64,000 nt of DNA from Verrucomicrobiaceae bacterium (GTDB lineage: Bacteria; Verrucomicrobiota; Verrucomicrobiia; Verrucomicrobiales; Verrucomicrobiaceae): NCBI GenBank assembly GCA_027483245.1, contig JAIXVB010000279.1:9847-73846 (forward strand), in the 5' to 3' direction. Under the pieces are notes generated by a model. That model saw nothing but the letters and a program-made list of their open reading frames with translations. It was not told the origin of the DNA and made no database searches. Positions 19,060 to 29,383 of this stretch are shown one piece after another; position 1 is the stretch's first letter, and each line of letters begins with the position of its first letter. The position numbers and the translations under genes were made by a program.

Positions 19060-19345
19060 CTCACAGTTTGTTGTTCAATATGACCGTGATGTGTCGGATT
19101 ACCGGACAATAGGTCGTTCAATTTAACGACGGTTTGGCAGTTCCTGAGACACGACCCTAACTAGGCAGAATTTCGGCGTCCAAACATATGCTCTCGTAAA
19201 TTCAAAAAAAAGGTTATTCAAGAGGCTGCTAAATCTAAATCGGGTGAACCAGCAGGAAAGACGAACTTTCCTATTTGGCCTCATAGCTCATCGCACCATG
19301 GGTTTAAGGACGATTTTTTGTGTGAATATAAAGACCAGACACCGA

Positions 19346-20035
19346 CTAATAAGAATTATATTTTTGCCCCTTGGTGAAGAGCCAAACCAGGGCGCTGGGG
19401 ATCGCAATAACCCAGGCGAATCCGATAAACGTGGCGATGAAGTAAGACGGAGTCTGCTGAACGAAGCTCTTGGCGTCATAGAGCATGAAACCGAGTGAGA
19501 GCTTGGCATCTCCGGCAATTCCGAGAAATCCGAGCGCGCCCATAAGTCCGGCACAACCGGCAAAAAGACCCAAGAGAAGGGGGACCAGCCGCGGGGCAAT
19601 ATGAGGCAGCGCATGTTGCCACAAGATCTGCCAGCGCGATGCGCCAAGGACTAGGGCCGCTTCGATGAATGCCGCACGATCGAGAGAGGAAAACTCGTCC
19701 TTTAGGAATGCGGCGACGACATTCCAAGTGAGCAATCCAACAAGAACCGCAGTGCCCCATTCGGATCTCAGCTGAAGAGCTGAAGCTATCGCAAGAGCAG
19801 GCAGGATCGCTCCTATCCCGTCCATCACACCGACCATAGTGCGGATGGTTTCCGACAGCCACCTTTGTGAGTCTCGCCATAGCGTGGCAATTAAGGCTCC
19901 GCAGAAGAAGGCTACTGCGACCGAGATGCTGCACATGAGTGCAGTGCGGAGCACCGCAAAAGAGACGGTGGTGACCAAAGGGTCGCCGTATGGTGTCTGC
20001 CAGTTCACGTCGCGGAGGGAAAGCGTTTGTTCCAT
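19346..20035 (-). CDS. ABC peptide transporter permease (OppC/DppC-like)
   Basis: EAA loop FIEAALVLGASRWQILWQHALPH; multiple transmembrane segments. Confidence 0.82.
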   Translation of the reverse strand: MEQTLSLRDVNWQTPYGDPLVTTVSFAVLRTALMCSISVAVAFFCGALIATLWRDSQRWLSETIRTMVGVMDGIGAILPALAIASALQLRSEWGTAVLVGLLTWNVVAAFLKDEFSSLDRAAFIEAALVLGASRWQILWQHALPHIAPRLVPLLLGLFAGCAGLMGALGFLGIAGDAKLSLGFMLYDAKSFVQQTPSYFIATFIGFAWVIAIPSALVWLFTKGQKYNSY

Positions 20036-20958
20036 GCAGCAAGCGCCTGCGAAAGGAAGATTACCGGGCCACCCACAGCTAGAAACCATCCAGCAGCCAC
20101 GGGCTGGTCTCCCGAGCGGATAGCCTCGGTCAGAACCGAGCCGATGCCCGGACGGTCAAAGGCCAGTTCGGCGAAAACCGTTCCAAGAAGCAAAGCGAGT
20201 AAAGCACGGTTTGCTAGCGGGAGCATCTGTTGAAGGATATTGGTCTGCAGTAGCACCCGGATGCGACTCCAAGGCAATCCAATCGCCTCATAGGTCAACA
20301 CAAAGCGCCGACGTGACATTAGGAGTGCTGTCTTTGCCGCTGCTGTGAAAAGAATCCCGGCAGGCATCAGAGCGACTGCCGTAATCAGCAGCGCGTCAGT
20401 GACCCTGCCCGATTTTCCAATTAGCCCGGAGGGAGAAAGCGTTCCCAATCCGAGCAGAAAAAACGCACCTGTGGCCAGGGCAGATGCACTGGCAAATTGT
20501 GGCAGGAGAGTTGCAGGGCTAAGAGCTAAAACACAGTGGTGCCATCGACTCGGTCTCTTTGTAGAGTAAAACCAACTCCCTGCTAGAAGCGCTGAAATGG
20601 TCACGACCAGCGAGGTGAAGACTACAGGCAAAGAATCCAGTGCCCGCCTTCGCAGAAGCTCTGCCACTGGATAACCAGTGCGCAGTGACACACCGAAATC
20701 GAAACGAGAGCAGTGCGTAAGACTCAGCCAATAGCGCTCTGGCAATCTGCCAGTCAACCCCATGCGTTGGCGAGTTTCCTCCAGCAATTCCTTTTTTACA
20801 GCGGCAAATCCGAGCTGGGAATAGGCAGCTTCGGGCAGGATATCAAAGGCAAGAAAAACGGCAGCGTGAAGCACGAACAGCAGGACGACTATCCTTAAGA
20901 TCGTCTTCCCTAGCACGACAGTGAAGCCACTGTCATGGCTGCGTGCGGATAAGTCCAT
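20005..20958 (-). CDS. ABC peptide transporter permease (OppB/DppB-like)
   Basis: FDFGVSLRTGYPV, FVLTYEAIGL, VFAELAFDRPGIGSVL. Confidence 0.82.
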   Translation of the reverse strand: MDLSARSHDSGFTVVLGKTILRIVVLLFVLHAAVFLAFDILPEAAYSQLGFAAVKKELLEETRQRMGLTGRLPERYWLSLTHCSRFDFGVSLRTGYPVAELLRRRALDSLPVVFTSLVVTISALLAGSWFYSTKRPSRWHHCVLALSPATLLPQFASASALATGAFFLLGLGTLSPSGLIGKSGRVTDALLITAVALMPAGILFTAAAKTALLMSRRRFVLTYEAIGLPWSRIRVLLQTNILQQMLPLANRALLALLLGTVFAELAFDRPGIGSVLTEAIRSGDQPVAAGWFLAVGGPVIFLSQALAAWNKRFPSAT

Positions 20959-22498
20959 TTACAGGGGTGCCGTTGGCGTCGAAGAATGGCAGTACTCCAA
21001 CCTGCTGAGCAGTTACTGCTTTTCGCGAAAGCAGCGGCAGCCATGTTGACTGTCGCGAATCGATTGTAGAAACTACCTGCGCAAAGGCTGCCGCTCGCTG
21101 TTTGGGATCGAGAACTCCACGCGCCTGGGCCAGTAAGTCCCCGATATCATCTCGACCTTCGCCAAAGGCAGAAAGAGATGAAGACCTGTCGAAGAACGAA
21201 CACCAAGCATACGGGCCGCTGCTTGGAACTTGAAGCTCAATCCAACAATTCAAAAGATCGAAGTCCTTCTTTACCAGCTTTTCAATGAGTTTTCCTATAT
21301 CCACGAACTCGGTTTCTATTTTTATCCCGTTTTCGAGTAGCTGATTTTGAATGGCCACGGCGATTTGACGCGATGCGGAATCATTCGCCGAAACGAGCGT
21401 AAGACCATTGGGAAAGGCCATTCCAGTCGGCGCGTCCGGCATAGCAGCAGTCGCTACCACTACAGCAGAAGGAGGTGCAATGCTGGCAGTGGCCTCTGCG
21501 CAGCCGGACGGAAATATCCCACTTTCTAGTTTCGCCCGGTCAATCGCTTGAGAAAGCGTCAGGAGGGAATCACGGCGCCTTAGCTCCGGGACGGACGCGA
21601 GCTTCGGCGACTGCCAATTCAACACGATATAGGAAAGTTCTTCGACTTTGAAGGTTGAAATTACGGTGTTAGGAAAGGCTGCCTTTGGCTTCAGTCCTGC
21701 ATCAGACGAATCACAGACTTCAGCTATCATAGGGCCTCGAAGTCGCACCATTGAGACATCTTTTGATCTCAGGGCTGAGAGTCGAGCCGCATCGTCAGAG
21801 ATCGGTCGAAACATAAGTTCATCAGCTTTGCCTTTGGCGGGATGACGAAGAGTACAGTGCAACGCGCTTGGCTCAAAATCGCTTGGGGCGTATGGCCCAC
21901 ATCCGATCACATGAACCCCGAACGGCTTCACTGGCGATTCACCAGAACCTTTCTGAACTATTGCAACAGACAAATTGCAGAGCATCGATGCCGCGTCTGG
22001 CTCAGGTGCAGAAAAGGCAATCTCAATCACGTCCTTAGAAGGTGACGTGATTCCAGAGATATGCTCAGATTGCTTCTCGTCGAATTCTTTAATGCCAGTG
22101 ACTCGATCAAGAATCCACCGATGAAGATTCTGGGACTTCCTGTAGCGTTCCAGGGTATAAAAAACGTCGTCAACGGTCACGCGAGCGCCATTCCAGAAAG
22201 TAACATCGGGGTCGATAGTGATAGACAGCTTGCGCGCATCGTTAGTAACTTCCATTTTCTTTGCTACCATCGGTATCAAGCGGCCACTCTGATCAACCCA
22301 CGCAAGGGGCGCATGAACAGCGGTCGAAACCTGAGAAGAATGGATATCCATCACCGCCACGGGATCAACGGTAAGCGGGGCGGCTTCGAGGGAAATTACA
22401 AGGCTGGTGCCGGTAGGCGCTGGAGAGCTGCTCCTGAAAAGATAAAATGCGAAGCCGATCAACGTTACAGCCAGCAAGAGAAGAAGAGGTTTATTCAT
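20933..22498 (-). CDS. ABC transporter substrate-binding protein, family 5 (OppA/DppA-like)
   Basis: N-terminal anchor, APLTVDP, LIPMVAK...VTFWNGARVTVDDVFYT, IGCGPY, AIDRAKL. Confidence 0.85.
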   Translation of the reverse strand: MNKPLLLLLAVTLIGFAFYLFRSSSPAPTGTSLVISLEAAPLTVDPVAVMDIHSSQVSTAVHAPLAWVDQSGRLIPMVAKKMEVTNDARKLSITIDPDVTFWNGARVTVDDVFYTLERYRKSQNLHRWILDRVTGIKEFDEKQSEHISGITSPSKDVIEIAFSAPEPDAASMLCNLSVAIVQKGSGESPVKPFGVHVIGCGPYAPSDFEPSALHCTLRHPAKGKADELMFRPISDDAARLSALRSKDVSMVRLRGPMIAEVCDSSDAGLKPKAAFPNTVISTFKVEELSYIVLNWQSPKLASVPELRRRDSLLTLSQAIDRAKLESGIFPSGCAEATASIAPPSAVVVATAAMPDAPTGMAFPNGLTLVSANDSASRQIAVAIQNQLLENGIKIETEFVDIGKLIEKLVKKDFDLLNCWIELQVPSSGPYAWCSFFDRSSSLSAFGEGRDDIGDLLAQARGVLDPKQRAAAFAQVVSTIDSRQSTWLPLLSRKAVTAQQVGVLPFFDANGTPVNGLIRTQP

Positions 22499-22507
22499 AA
22501 AGATGGA

Positions 22508-23560
22508 TTAGGCTGCACGGCGGCCAGAAATGCGCTCATGAGTGGACAAACGGGCGTGGGTCCCACCCATTTCTCGTTCTTGGCGCAGTTGATCCATCGA
22601 GAGATCTATATCCGTGGGATCAGTGTACATTCCATAGCTCCCGATCTTAAGGTTTATATTCACAAAGTCTTCTTTGGAGAGCAAGGCACCATCATGACGA
22701 ATGCGAAGAAAGAACCCAGGAGCTGGTGAACGTGCGAAAAGCCAAACACCTGACTCAAGTTGAACCTCAATACGCCACACATGAAGATCCAATTTGCCCC
22801 ACCGATCCTCGCCGATCATGCGCCTAATAAAAGGAAGTTCTGTTTCCACTACCACTCGACTCGCCACATCGACTAGCCGACTGGCCAACTCTATCATTCG
22901 GCAGGTTGTTGAATAAGTTGCCGTCGATGTCATGCGTCCGTCCACGGGCAACATGAGGGGTGATGTTGTCCATTGGTCGATGGACTTCCCACGGAGGCTT
23001 TCGCCCACGAAGGCGACGGCTTCAAGGGTGCTTTCTTGGAAGGTGGTGTTGACGGCAACCGCTTCAGTGCCGCCAGCATCTCGACCCTTCATAGCAGCAT
23101 TGAGCACTCGAAACGGATCGCCTGCACGGAGCCCAGACCCATCAACGTCCACTGAAACAGCAAGCCAGCTTAAAGGTGTTGAAGGCATTCGTGGCAGCCA
23201 ATGATTGATGCCAGAAACAGATGCCGAGAGAGCGCCAAATGAAGCGGGTCGACGACCAAACGGCGTCGAGTGATACTGGTGCGCAATCCGCATCAGTAAC
23301 TCAGGCGATTCAAAGGGTTCTTTACCACTGAGTACCAGGTGATTGATCTCTGCACCATGTTTGATGAGCCTGGTAGTCGCCTCAAATATCGTATCTTCAG
23401 GAAGCGTGACTGTTCCACTCTGCACCAAATTGAGGTAACAATTGGTGCAGGTGTTCGTATAGGCACACCGATTGTTAGTCTCAATATTTGTGAGAACAAC
23501 CTGGCCTTTACGCGGCAAGCAGGATGCAGTTTCCAAAGACATTTCAGCGAGGGCGGCCAT
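22508..23560 (-). CDS. Radical-SAM-like protein with atypical Cx5Cx2C motif
   Basis: NNRCAYTNTCTNCY, LSGKEPF (GGEP-like), AVSVD, VNTTF in the expected order. Confidence 0.6.
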   Translation of the reverse strand: MAALAEMSLETASCLPRKGQVVLTNIETNNRCAYTNTCTNCYLNLVQSGTVTLPEDTIFEATTRLIKHGAEINHLVLSGKEPFESPELLMRIAHQYHSTPFGRRPASFGALSASVSGINHWLPRMPSTPLSWLAVSVDVDGSGLRAGDPFRVLNAAMKGRDAGGTEAVAVNTTFQESTLEAVAFVGESLRGKSIDQWTTSPLMLPVDGRMTSTATYSTTCRMIELASRLVDVASRVVVETELPFIRRMIGEDRWGKLDLHVWRIEVQLESGVWLFARSPAPGFFLRIRHDGALLSKEDFVNINLKIGSYGMYTDPTDIDLSMDQLRQEREMGGTHARLSTHERISGRRAA

Positions 23561-23575
23561 GTTAATAAAGTACGA

Positions 23576-24709
23576 TTATGAGTTCAGTCCCACTTTTCTC
23601 CATCTTTTATCATCATCATCAATCAGCCTGACGGCAACACCTGGAATGAGTGGTCGTATTCTACGTTCGTTCAAAAAATCAGCAACAACACTGGAATCCA
23701 ATTGAATCACCTGAGTTGTCCACATGATGGGATTAAAAACCTTTTGAAGTGCATTTTGCTCAGTTTCGGTAAGCGAGCTGCAAGCCGAATAAAGAGTCGG
23801 ATAACCCACCATCACAAAGGGGATAGTCACAATAGGTGACATAAGTATGCCCGCGTCAAACAACTCCTGCTGGCTTAGGTTTTTCCGACTATCAACATAC
23901 AGGGTCATTCTACTGACCACCCTGTCGCCGAGCGGCTTTAGCGCCTCAATCATAGTGCGCTGGCTTGCCTCGTCAAATTTGTCTCCGCCCTGTAGCACCA
24001 AGAATACTGTCACAAAAGTCTTGGCCTCACTTCCAGGAATGATCAGGTCATCAATCCATTTGCGAAAACTTTCGAGAGCGTTGCCTTCAAAATATTTGAG
24101 AACGTCTGCACCTTGCCAGCGCCAAAAAAAAACGATATGGCCACCACGTTCGTCTTCCTTCCATTCGGCAGCGAGTTCGAGGAGGAGTCTTTGCGAAAAA
24201 AAGCAGCCAACAGACAAAGCGGAGCTGCTCCTGGGTAATTTTTGTGGAAGCACGTGTTTTACGATTTCCTTGGCCTGATTATGCAATCCAGTCAGTGCAT
24301 CAGCAGTATCCGACGTGGGAGCCGGGTGGCTCGGATCATAACCTGCTAATCCGAGGAGCTTCTTCACCAAATCGTCTCTCTTGAGTTTATGCTCGTCGGC
24401 AAGAATAAGACCCAGGCGCGCCACCTGATCAGCGGACGGCTTCATTTTGTTTTCTCGTCCCGCAGGGGTCTTACCTGGATTCTGCCAGAAGTAGAGTGTC
24501 GTGTCACTGATTTGAAGCGCGTCCTTGATGCTCTTTCGGAGCTCTGGATTTTTTTTGCGCCGCTTGCCTTTAATCGTTGCGGACAAAAGAGACTGCAGTT
24601 CGGCGGCAAATCCGCCCTCGGGAACAGTGACAACATCAACCTGCGGCATACCAACATCTCCGGCATTCCGCTTTGTGCGCGGTTTTTTGTTCTCAGGGGG
24701 TAAACTCAT
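23576..24709 (-). CDS. Putative regulator: N-terminal HTH-like region plus unknown C-terminal domain
   Basis: IKDALQISDTTLYFWQN resembles an XRE helix-turn-helix; first gene of the 24709-19346 operon. Confidence 0.5.
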   Translation of the reverse strand: MSLPPENKKPRTKRNAGDVGMPQVDVVTVPEGGFAAELQSLLSATIKGKRRKKNPELRKSIKDALQISDTTLYFWQNPGKTPAGRENKMKPSADQVARLGLILADEHKLKRDDLVKKLLGLAGYDPSHPAPTSDTADALTGLHNQAKEIVKHVLPQKLPRSSSALSVGCFFSQRLLLELAAEWKEDERGGHIVFFWRWQGADVLKYFEGNALESFRKWIDDLIIPGSEAKTFVTVFLVLQGGDKFDEASQRTMIEALKPLGDRVVSRMTLYVDSRKNLSQQELFDAGILMSPIVTIPFVMVGYPTLYSACSSLTETEQNALQKVFNPIMWTTQVIQLDSSVVADFLNERRIRPLIPGVAVRLIDDDDKRWRKVGLNS

Positions 24710-24805
24710 CGGTTCATGTCTTTGTAATAACTACACCTTTCCTCCAGACGGAAGGGAAAGCAATTTCATTCATACCGTTACACGAACAAAGTTTTCGTGA
24801 ACGCA

Positions 24806-24833
24806 TTGAAATAGATCCAGGGGGGTGTATAAA
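24806..24833 (+). promoter_or_regulatory. Possible sigma70 promoter
   Basis: TTGAAA-16 nt-TATAAA, next to the inverted repeat CACGAA-N7-TTCGTG (24781-24799). Confidence 0.3.
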
Positions 24834-24879
24834 TCATTGCCATTTTTCCGTTGCAATACCATCATTTCTCAATAAAAAT

Positions 24880-24909
24880 GGCCTATCTCCTCTAACGAGG
24901 AGATAGGCC
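24880..24909. other. Perfect 13-bp hairpin
   Basis: GGCCTATCTCCTC-TAAC-GAGGAGATAGGCC; followed by ATTTTTATT on the minus strand, so possibly a terminator or attenuator. Confidence 0.6.
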
Positions 24910-25000
24910 GAGCATCTGTCTCACGTCGTGTTAGCGCACGTCGCAAGTAGGGCCTCCAGATTGGAAACCTGCCCGCATCAAACTAGCTACACACTTCAAT

Positions 25001-26017
25001 ATGAAAGCTAAGTCCGAAGCCATCCCATCTTGGCAAATAATGGGAAAAAAGTCAATGCCCCGGCAATGCAGTCGCATTGGCCAATCCGTCCTGAAAGCAA
25101 TCGTCTTCGCCATTTTCGTTGGCAGTGCCCTAAGCGCAAGTCAAAGTCAGGCTCAATCACGCATCCTCGCGCCCTCAACCGCTCAGCCGCTCCCGGCCCA
25201 ATTCACGCTCCTTTGGGAACGTGGAAACGCTCGGGAGTTTTGGCTGTACATGGGGTCTGCCCAAGGCCGGAATGATTACTATTCCGCTTCTCAGGGGACT
25301 CGGACATCAAGCAGCTTCACCTTACTCTCACCGCTGGATTCGGTGTGGGTGAGGCTCTACTCTTTGGTGCCCATTTACTCTGGCTATGCCAAATCGACGG
25401 TGGCGGGTTACCAATGGGTGGCTCTTGACTACCGCTACACGTGTATCAAAACCGTCGCGAGCTCCCAGATCATCGATTCTGCGCTGAGTTGGGGAAACGC
25501 AAGAAACGGCTTATACGGAGGACAATGCAAGGAATTCGTGCGTGATGCATTCAACCAAGCGTTCACCAGCGCAGGCGCAAAGACACCTGCGGGGGTGGCG
25601 GCAATAGTCCCATCTAATGGTGGCGGGTATTATTGGTTAGACACTAACACAAACAGTGGGTTTCGCTGGATTGCTCGGGTGCTGCCTCGCAGCGGCAGCA
25701 CTACCCAAGTTGCCCATCTCGCTAGTCTCAAGGCCCTAGTCTTGAAGGGTAAGCGCGGAGATGTGATCCAGTACGGCGGGCTTTCAACGGAAATTCTGCT
25801 TCATACGCTGATCCTGACAGAAGACGTCGGCACTAGCGGGGTTGTGCACTGGATGGACAGCAATTGGGACTCGACAAAACCGAGGACGATCGGCACTGCC
25901 CGTAGCAAATCCGTGACGGATTTTACCACGTTCGTCGGGAAAGCTATCACCATCAACAATGTGATCGTAAACCGAGGTATGACCCTTTATAGGGTCCGCG
26001 ACGACCTCCGCAGATAG
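25001..26017 (+). CDS. Secreted protein with C-terminal CHAP/NlpC-like Cys-His domain
   Basis: Signal-like segment ending SQAQS; beta-rich module (FTLLWERG..EFWLYMGS..VWVRLYS); GGQCKEFV...LHTLIL...WMDSNW. Confidence 0.6.
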   Translation: MKAKSEAIPSWQIMGKKSMPRQCSRIGQSVLKAIVFAIFVGSALSASQSQAQSRILAPSTAQPLPAQFTLLWERGNAREFWLYMGSAQGRNDYYSASQGTRTSSSFTLLSPLDSVWVRLYSLVPIYSGYAKSTVAGYQWVALDYRYTCIKTVASSQIIDSALSWGNARNGLYGGQCKEFVRDAFNQAFTSAGAKTPAGVAAIVPSNGGGYYWLDTNTNSGFRWIARVLPRSGSTTQVAHLASLKALVLKGKRGDVIQYGGLSTEILLHTLILTEDVGTSGVVHWMDSNWDSTKPRTIGTARSKSVTDFTTFVGKAITINNVIVNRGMTLYRVRDDLRR

Positions 26018-26029
26018 CCAATAAGGTAA

Positions 26030-26064
26030 CTCACTGCCTGTCCCATGACTGGGCGGGCAGTGAG
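26030..26064 (+). terminator. Stem-loop after the CHAP-like gene
   Basis: CTCACTGCCTGTCCCA-TGAC-TGGGCGGGCAGTGAG; no U-tract. Confidence 0.4.
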
Positions 26065-26250
26065 AGTCGGTCTGCGCGCAGCCTAGCCTTACATGGCCGC
26101 ACCATAGCAATAGCCTGCTGCCCCCGGGCAATGTCATTTGACAAAAGGCACGCCAGTATCGCGTCGGATGCGCCCCGCCATAAAACACTACCAAGCTGTC
26201 AGGCGATCCATCATGCCAAAAAATTCGCAAAGCCATCCTTCTTCAATTTC

Positions 26251-28902
26251 ATGAAAACGTATTCAATTCTTGTGCTGGCGCTGGCCAGCCTTTTTAGCCA
26301 CTCCTTCGGGCAGGAACCATTCTTCGTTGGGGAGGCTGTCCGAGCCACACGCGATTCCTTTGTGTACCAGTCGACTGTGTCGAATGCTCCGATAGTCGCA
26401 ACCGCTCGTAGTGGGGAGAATGCGGTGGTCACCCAAGTCTTCCAAGCGCCGAGAGACATTCGCACAGCCTACAACGCGATATCGAATCCGCTAGTTTGGT
26501 GGGTCTACATTCGGCTGGAGCGAACCCCAGCGCTTTCCGGGGCGATGCCCACCACTGACGAATACTTTCCCACGGAACCCGCCATCGCGGCGACATCTCC
26601 CACAGGCAGCCTACCGTTTCCCAACTGGTCACCAGCTACTCTGATAACCGAGCCAGATACCACGATCACGCTGACAATTGCGCCAGTTTTATCACATGGT
26701 ATCCGCTTTGATTACATTACCGCAGTGCGCATCTCGGGAGAGACCGAATGGATTGCTTGTGGAGGTACGCAGGCACCGGAGTACAGCCCCTCACGCACGT
26801 ATAACCGTTTTTTCCAACTGCCTAGTGTACTTTGGGAAAATATCTCTGGTTCACGGGCTATCGACTTGAGAACCGCGATTGCGTACCTGGGCGAGGAATT
26901 AGCCTCATCAACAGTGAGTGGAGCATTCGTCATCGGCACAGTTGTGCCAAGCTTCACTGAACTCCCAGCGAATCAGTTGCTGGCTGTGGGTGATTCAATG
27001 AACTTGACCTGCTCAGTAACCGCAGGATGCGGCCTGAGCCTTGAGTGGCTAAAAGACGGAACTGCGATTCCAACCGCAACAGGCACAGCGTTGAGCGTGC
27101 CGCAGACCAAGCTTTCAGATGGCGGGACATACACCGTGAAGGGTAGCTATCCTGCTGGAATGATCAGCGCAACCGCCGAGGTATGCATCGTTGCTGCTAC
27201 GATCAAGCAAATGTCAGTTACCAGAGGTCAGGCCATCGCGCTCGTCGGTGCACAGGGAGTTGCCGACTCATTTACGTGGGAGAAGGACGGCATCAGGGTC
27301 AAGAACGGCAGCGACTTCACAGGGGCCGAATCTGGATCGCTTACCATTACAGCGGCGAATCCAGATCCAACGGGGGTCTACAATCTGACAGTATCAGGTG
27401 CGGGCAAAACCATCGTGGGAGGGGACTTCACCGTCACATTGGCAAGCAGCCCGCCGCACACTCCGACGCTTCTTCCTCAGGTCTTCGAACAAAGTATGAT
27501 CGGCAAGGCATTTACCCACCAAATTGAATTTGCAGAGGATCAGCCGGGTGGCCTGCCATCAAGTTTTAGCGCCAAGGGTCTGCCGGCTGGATTCAAACTG
27601 AACCCGACGACAGGAGTGATCACCGGTGAGCCGAAGAGTGCGGGTAAGTATCAAGTGACACTTGCGGCATCCAATGCCGCAGGCGTAAGCGCACCAATTA
27701 TCGTCAGATTGGAGATCCAGCCGGTGCTCCCCTCATTGATAGGTTCATGGATCGGAGTGCTAGGAATCGGTCAGGCAGAGGGGGCGGTTGGCGGCAGGAT
27801 TGATCTTTCGGTGGCCGCAAGCGGAATGTTCACCGGCAAGCTCTTGATCGGAGCGACTGCATTTGCCTTCACCGGTAAGCTCAATACGACGGAAATTTTC
27901 GATTTGGGTTTTGCTCATGCCGCGGTAGCCATTGTCCGCCCGGCTCCGATGTCAAGATTGACTCTTCAAATCGACTTTGACACCACAACGAGCACGATCT
28001 CTGGATCTTTGAATGACGACACCGAATCCCTTCCGTTGTCGCTAAATGGCTGGAGAAACACCTGGAACAAGAACCATCAAGCAACGAGTCACTCGGGTGT
28101 TCACAGCTTCGCGACAATTAACCCGATTTCAGTCGAAGACGATAAGGACATTCCGCTGGGCAGTTGCTTTGGAACGATTGCCGTCAACGCTGCCACTGGT
28201 GCTACTACTGTCTCAGGCAGGGTGGCTGATGATACAGCTTCAACCCCTATCCTTTGCACCGGATTTCTCGGGCCAAACGGTGAGGTCATCTGCTACAACG
28301 CCCGTTACTACGGGTATTGTGCGAGCTTGAAGAGGAATTCGGTGAATGGTTGCTTGCTTTCCGAAATGGTCATCGCGGCGGACAGCCATATCATCGAAAG
28401 TTCATTGACCTGGAAAAAGGGACGACAGACCCGGGAGACTCGCGCTTACCCAAATGGGTTCACAGTGGAAACGGCAGTACACGGCGGCAAATATGCACCC
28501 CCAGTCAAAGGAAGTCGTCTGTTCGGAATGCTGAACGATAGTGACTTCGTTTACTTCACTTGTGCGGGTGCCGATCTGGCCGATTCCGTCTCAGATCCTA
28601 GTATCACTGTTTCGGTGACGGCCGCGAATCAAATCATCGTCCCCTCCAAGGCCTCAGGCCTGAATCCGTGCAATACACTTTTGAAGATCACCGCTTCCTC
28701 TGGCTCTATGTCGGGCAGTTTCAAACTGGGTGACCCTTTACCAGGTGGCCGACAAGTATCTTTTACGGGCGTACTGGTGAATTCTCCAGAAGGAGGCCAG
28801 ACCGGATACGGCTTCTTCATGATGCCAAAGCTGCCGGAAATGGGCCAGAAGATAACGACTTCTCCATTGCAATCTGGGCCGGTGCTGATTACGTCGTGGT
28901 GA
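26251..28902 (+). CDS. Secreted Ig-domain surface protein
   Basis: Signal peptide MKTYSILVLALASLFSHSFG; Ig repeats (LEWLKDG..DGGTYTV; FTWEKDG..GVYNLTV); He_PIG-like LPAGFKLNPTTGVITGEP; beta-rich C-terminal domain of a type I associate with Verrucomicrobia. Confidence 0.72.
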   Translation: MKTYSILVLALASLFSHSFGQEPFFVGEAVRATRDSFVYQSTVSNAPIVATARSGENAVVTQVFQAPRDIRTAYNAISNPLVWWVYIRLERTPALSGAMPTTDEYFPTEPAIAATSPTGSLPFPNWSPATLITEPDTTITLTIAPVLSHGIRFDYITAVRISGETEWIACGGTQAPEYSPSRTYNRFFQLPSVLWENISGSRAIDLRTAIAYLGEELASSTVSGAFVIGTVVPSFTELPANQLLAVGDSMNLTCSVTAGCGLSLEWLKDGTAIPTATGTALSVPQTKLSDGGTYTVKGSYPAGMISATAEVCIVAATIKQMSVTRGQAIALVGAQGVADSFTWEKDGIRVKNGSDFTGAESGSLTITAANPDPTGVYNLTVSGAGKTIVGGDFTVTLASSPPHTPTLLPQVFEQSMIGKAFTHQIEFAEDQPGGLPSSFSAKGLPAGFKLNPTTGVITGEPKSAGKYQVTLAASNAAGVSAPIIVRLEIQPVLPSLIGSWIGVLGIGQAEGAVGGRIDLSVAASGMFTGKLLIGATAFAFTGKLNTTEIFDLGFAHAAVAIVRPAPMSRLTLQIDFDTTTSTISGSLNDDTESLPLSLNGWRNTWNKNHQATSHSGVHSFATINPISVEDDKDIPLGSCFGTIAVNAATGATTVSGRVADDTASTPILCTGFLGPNGEVICYNARYYGYCASLKRNSVNGCLLSEMVIAADSHIIESSLTWKKGRQTRETRAYPNGFTVETAVHGGKYAPPVKGSRLFGMLNDSDFVYFTCAGADLADSVSDPSITVSVTAANQIIVPSKASGLNPCNTLLKITASSGSMSGSFKLGDPLPGGRQVSFTGVLVNSPEGGQTGYGFFMMPKLPEMGQKITTSPLQSGPVLITSW

Positions 28903-29373
28903 ATATATGATGAAAGTCCGTAGGAATTCAAATCAATCATTCACCTCTCATGCAACACAGTGACAAAATTCAAGAAAGGAAAACCTGAGTCAATATACTC
29001 AAGTTTCTACGCTCGTTTATCATATGCTTTCAGTGGCCGCAGCGGGCGGTCTCGATGAGAATAGGGCGAAGCAAATCTATGGCGAGATCCTTGATTCCTA
29101 CTCCACATCAATGGGACGTCGGATTATTTTGGCTACTCCGCGACGATATTTTTAAGTGCTAGTCGCTACAGATGGGCAGATAGAGACAAGGGGAAATCCG
29201 CCTGAATTTTTGAACTAAACCCTAATTGGACCAAGCAAAGGTAACTAAATACTTCCTCAACAACTAGCAAGGGAGGCGATGATTCCGCTTTCAGTGCACG
29301 ATCAAAGTTGAATCGGCGTGGCCTTCCTCAGATCCATCTAACATGCCCCTTTTCGATACCACCAAAGTCCCCT

Positions 29374-29382
29374 TGTGGATAA
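29374..29382 (-). promoter_or_regulatory. DnaA box
   Basis: Perfect TTATCCACA on the minus strand, directly after the Replic_Relax stop. Confidence 0.4.
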
Positions 29383-29383
29383 C

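Noticed and set aside
19244-19498. 84-aa plus-strand ORF as RiPP precursor for the radical SAM
   Set aside because: It is antisense to and overlaps the oppC 3' end and has no leader/core pattern.
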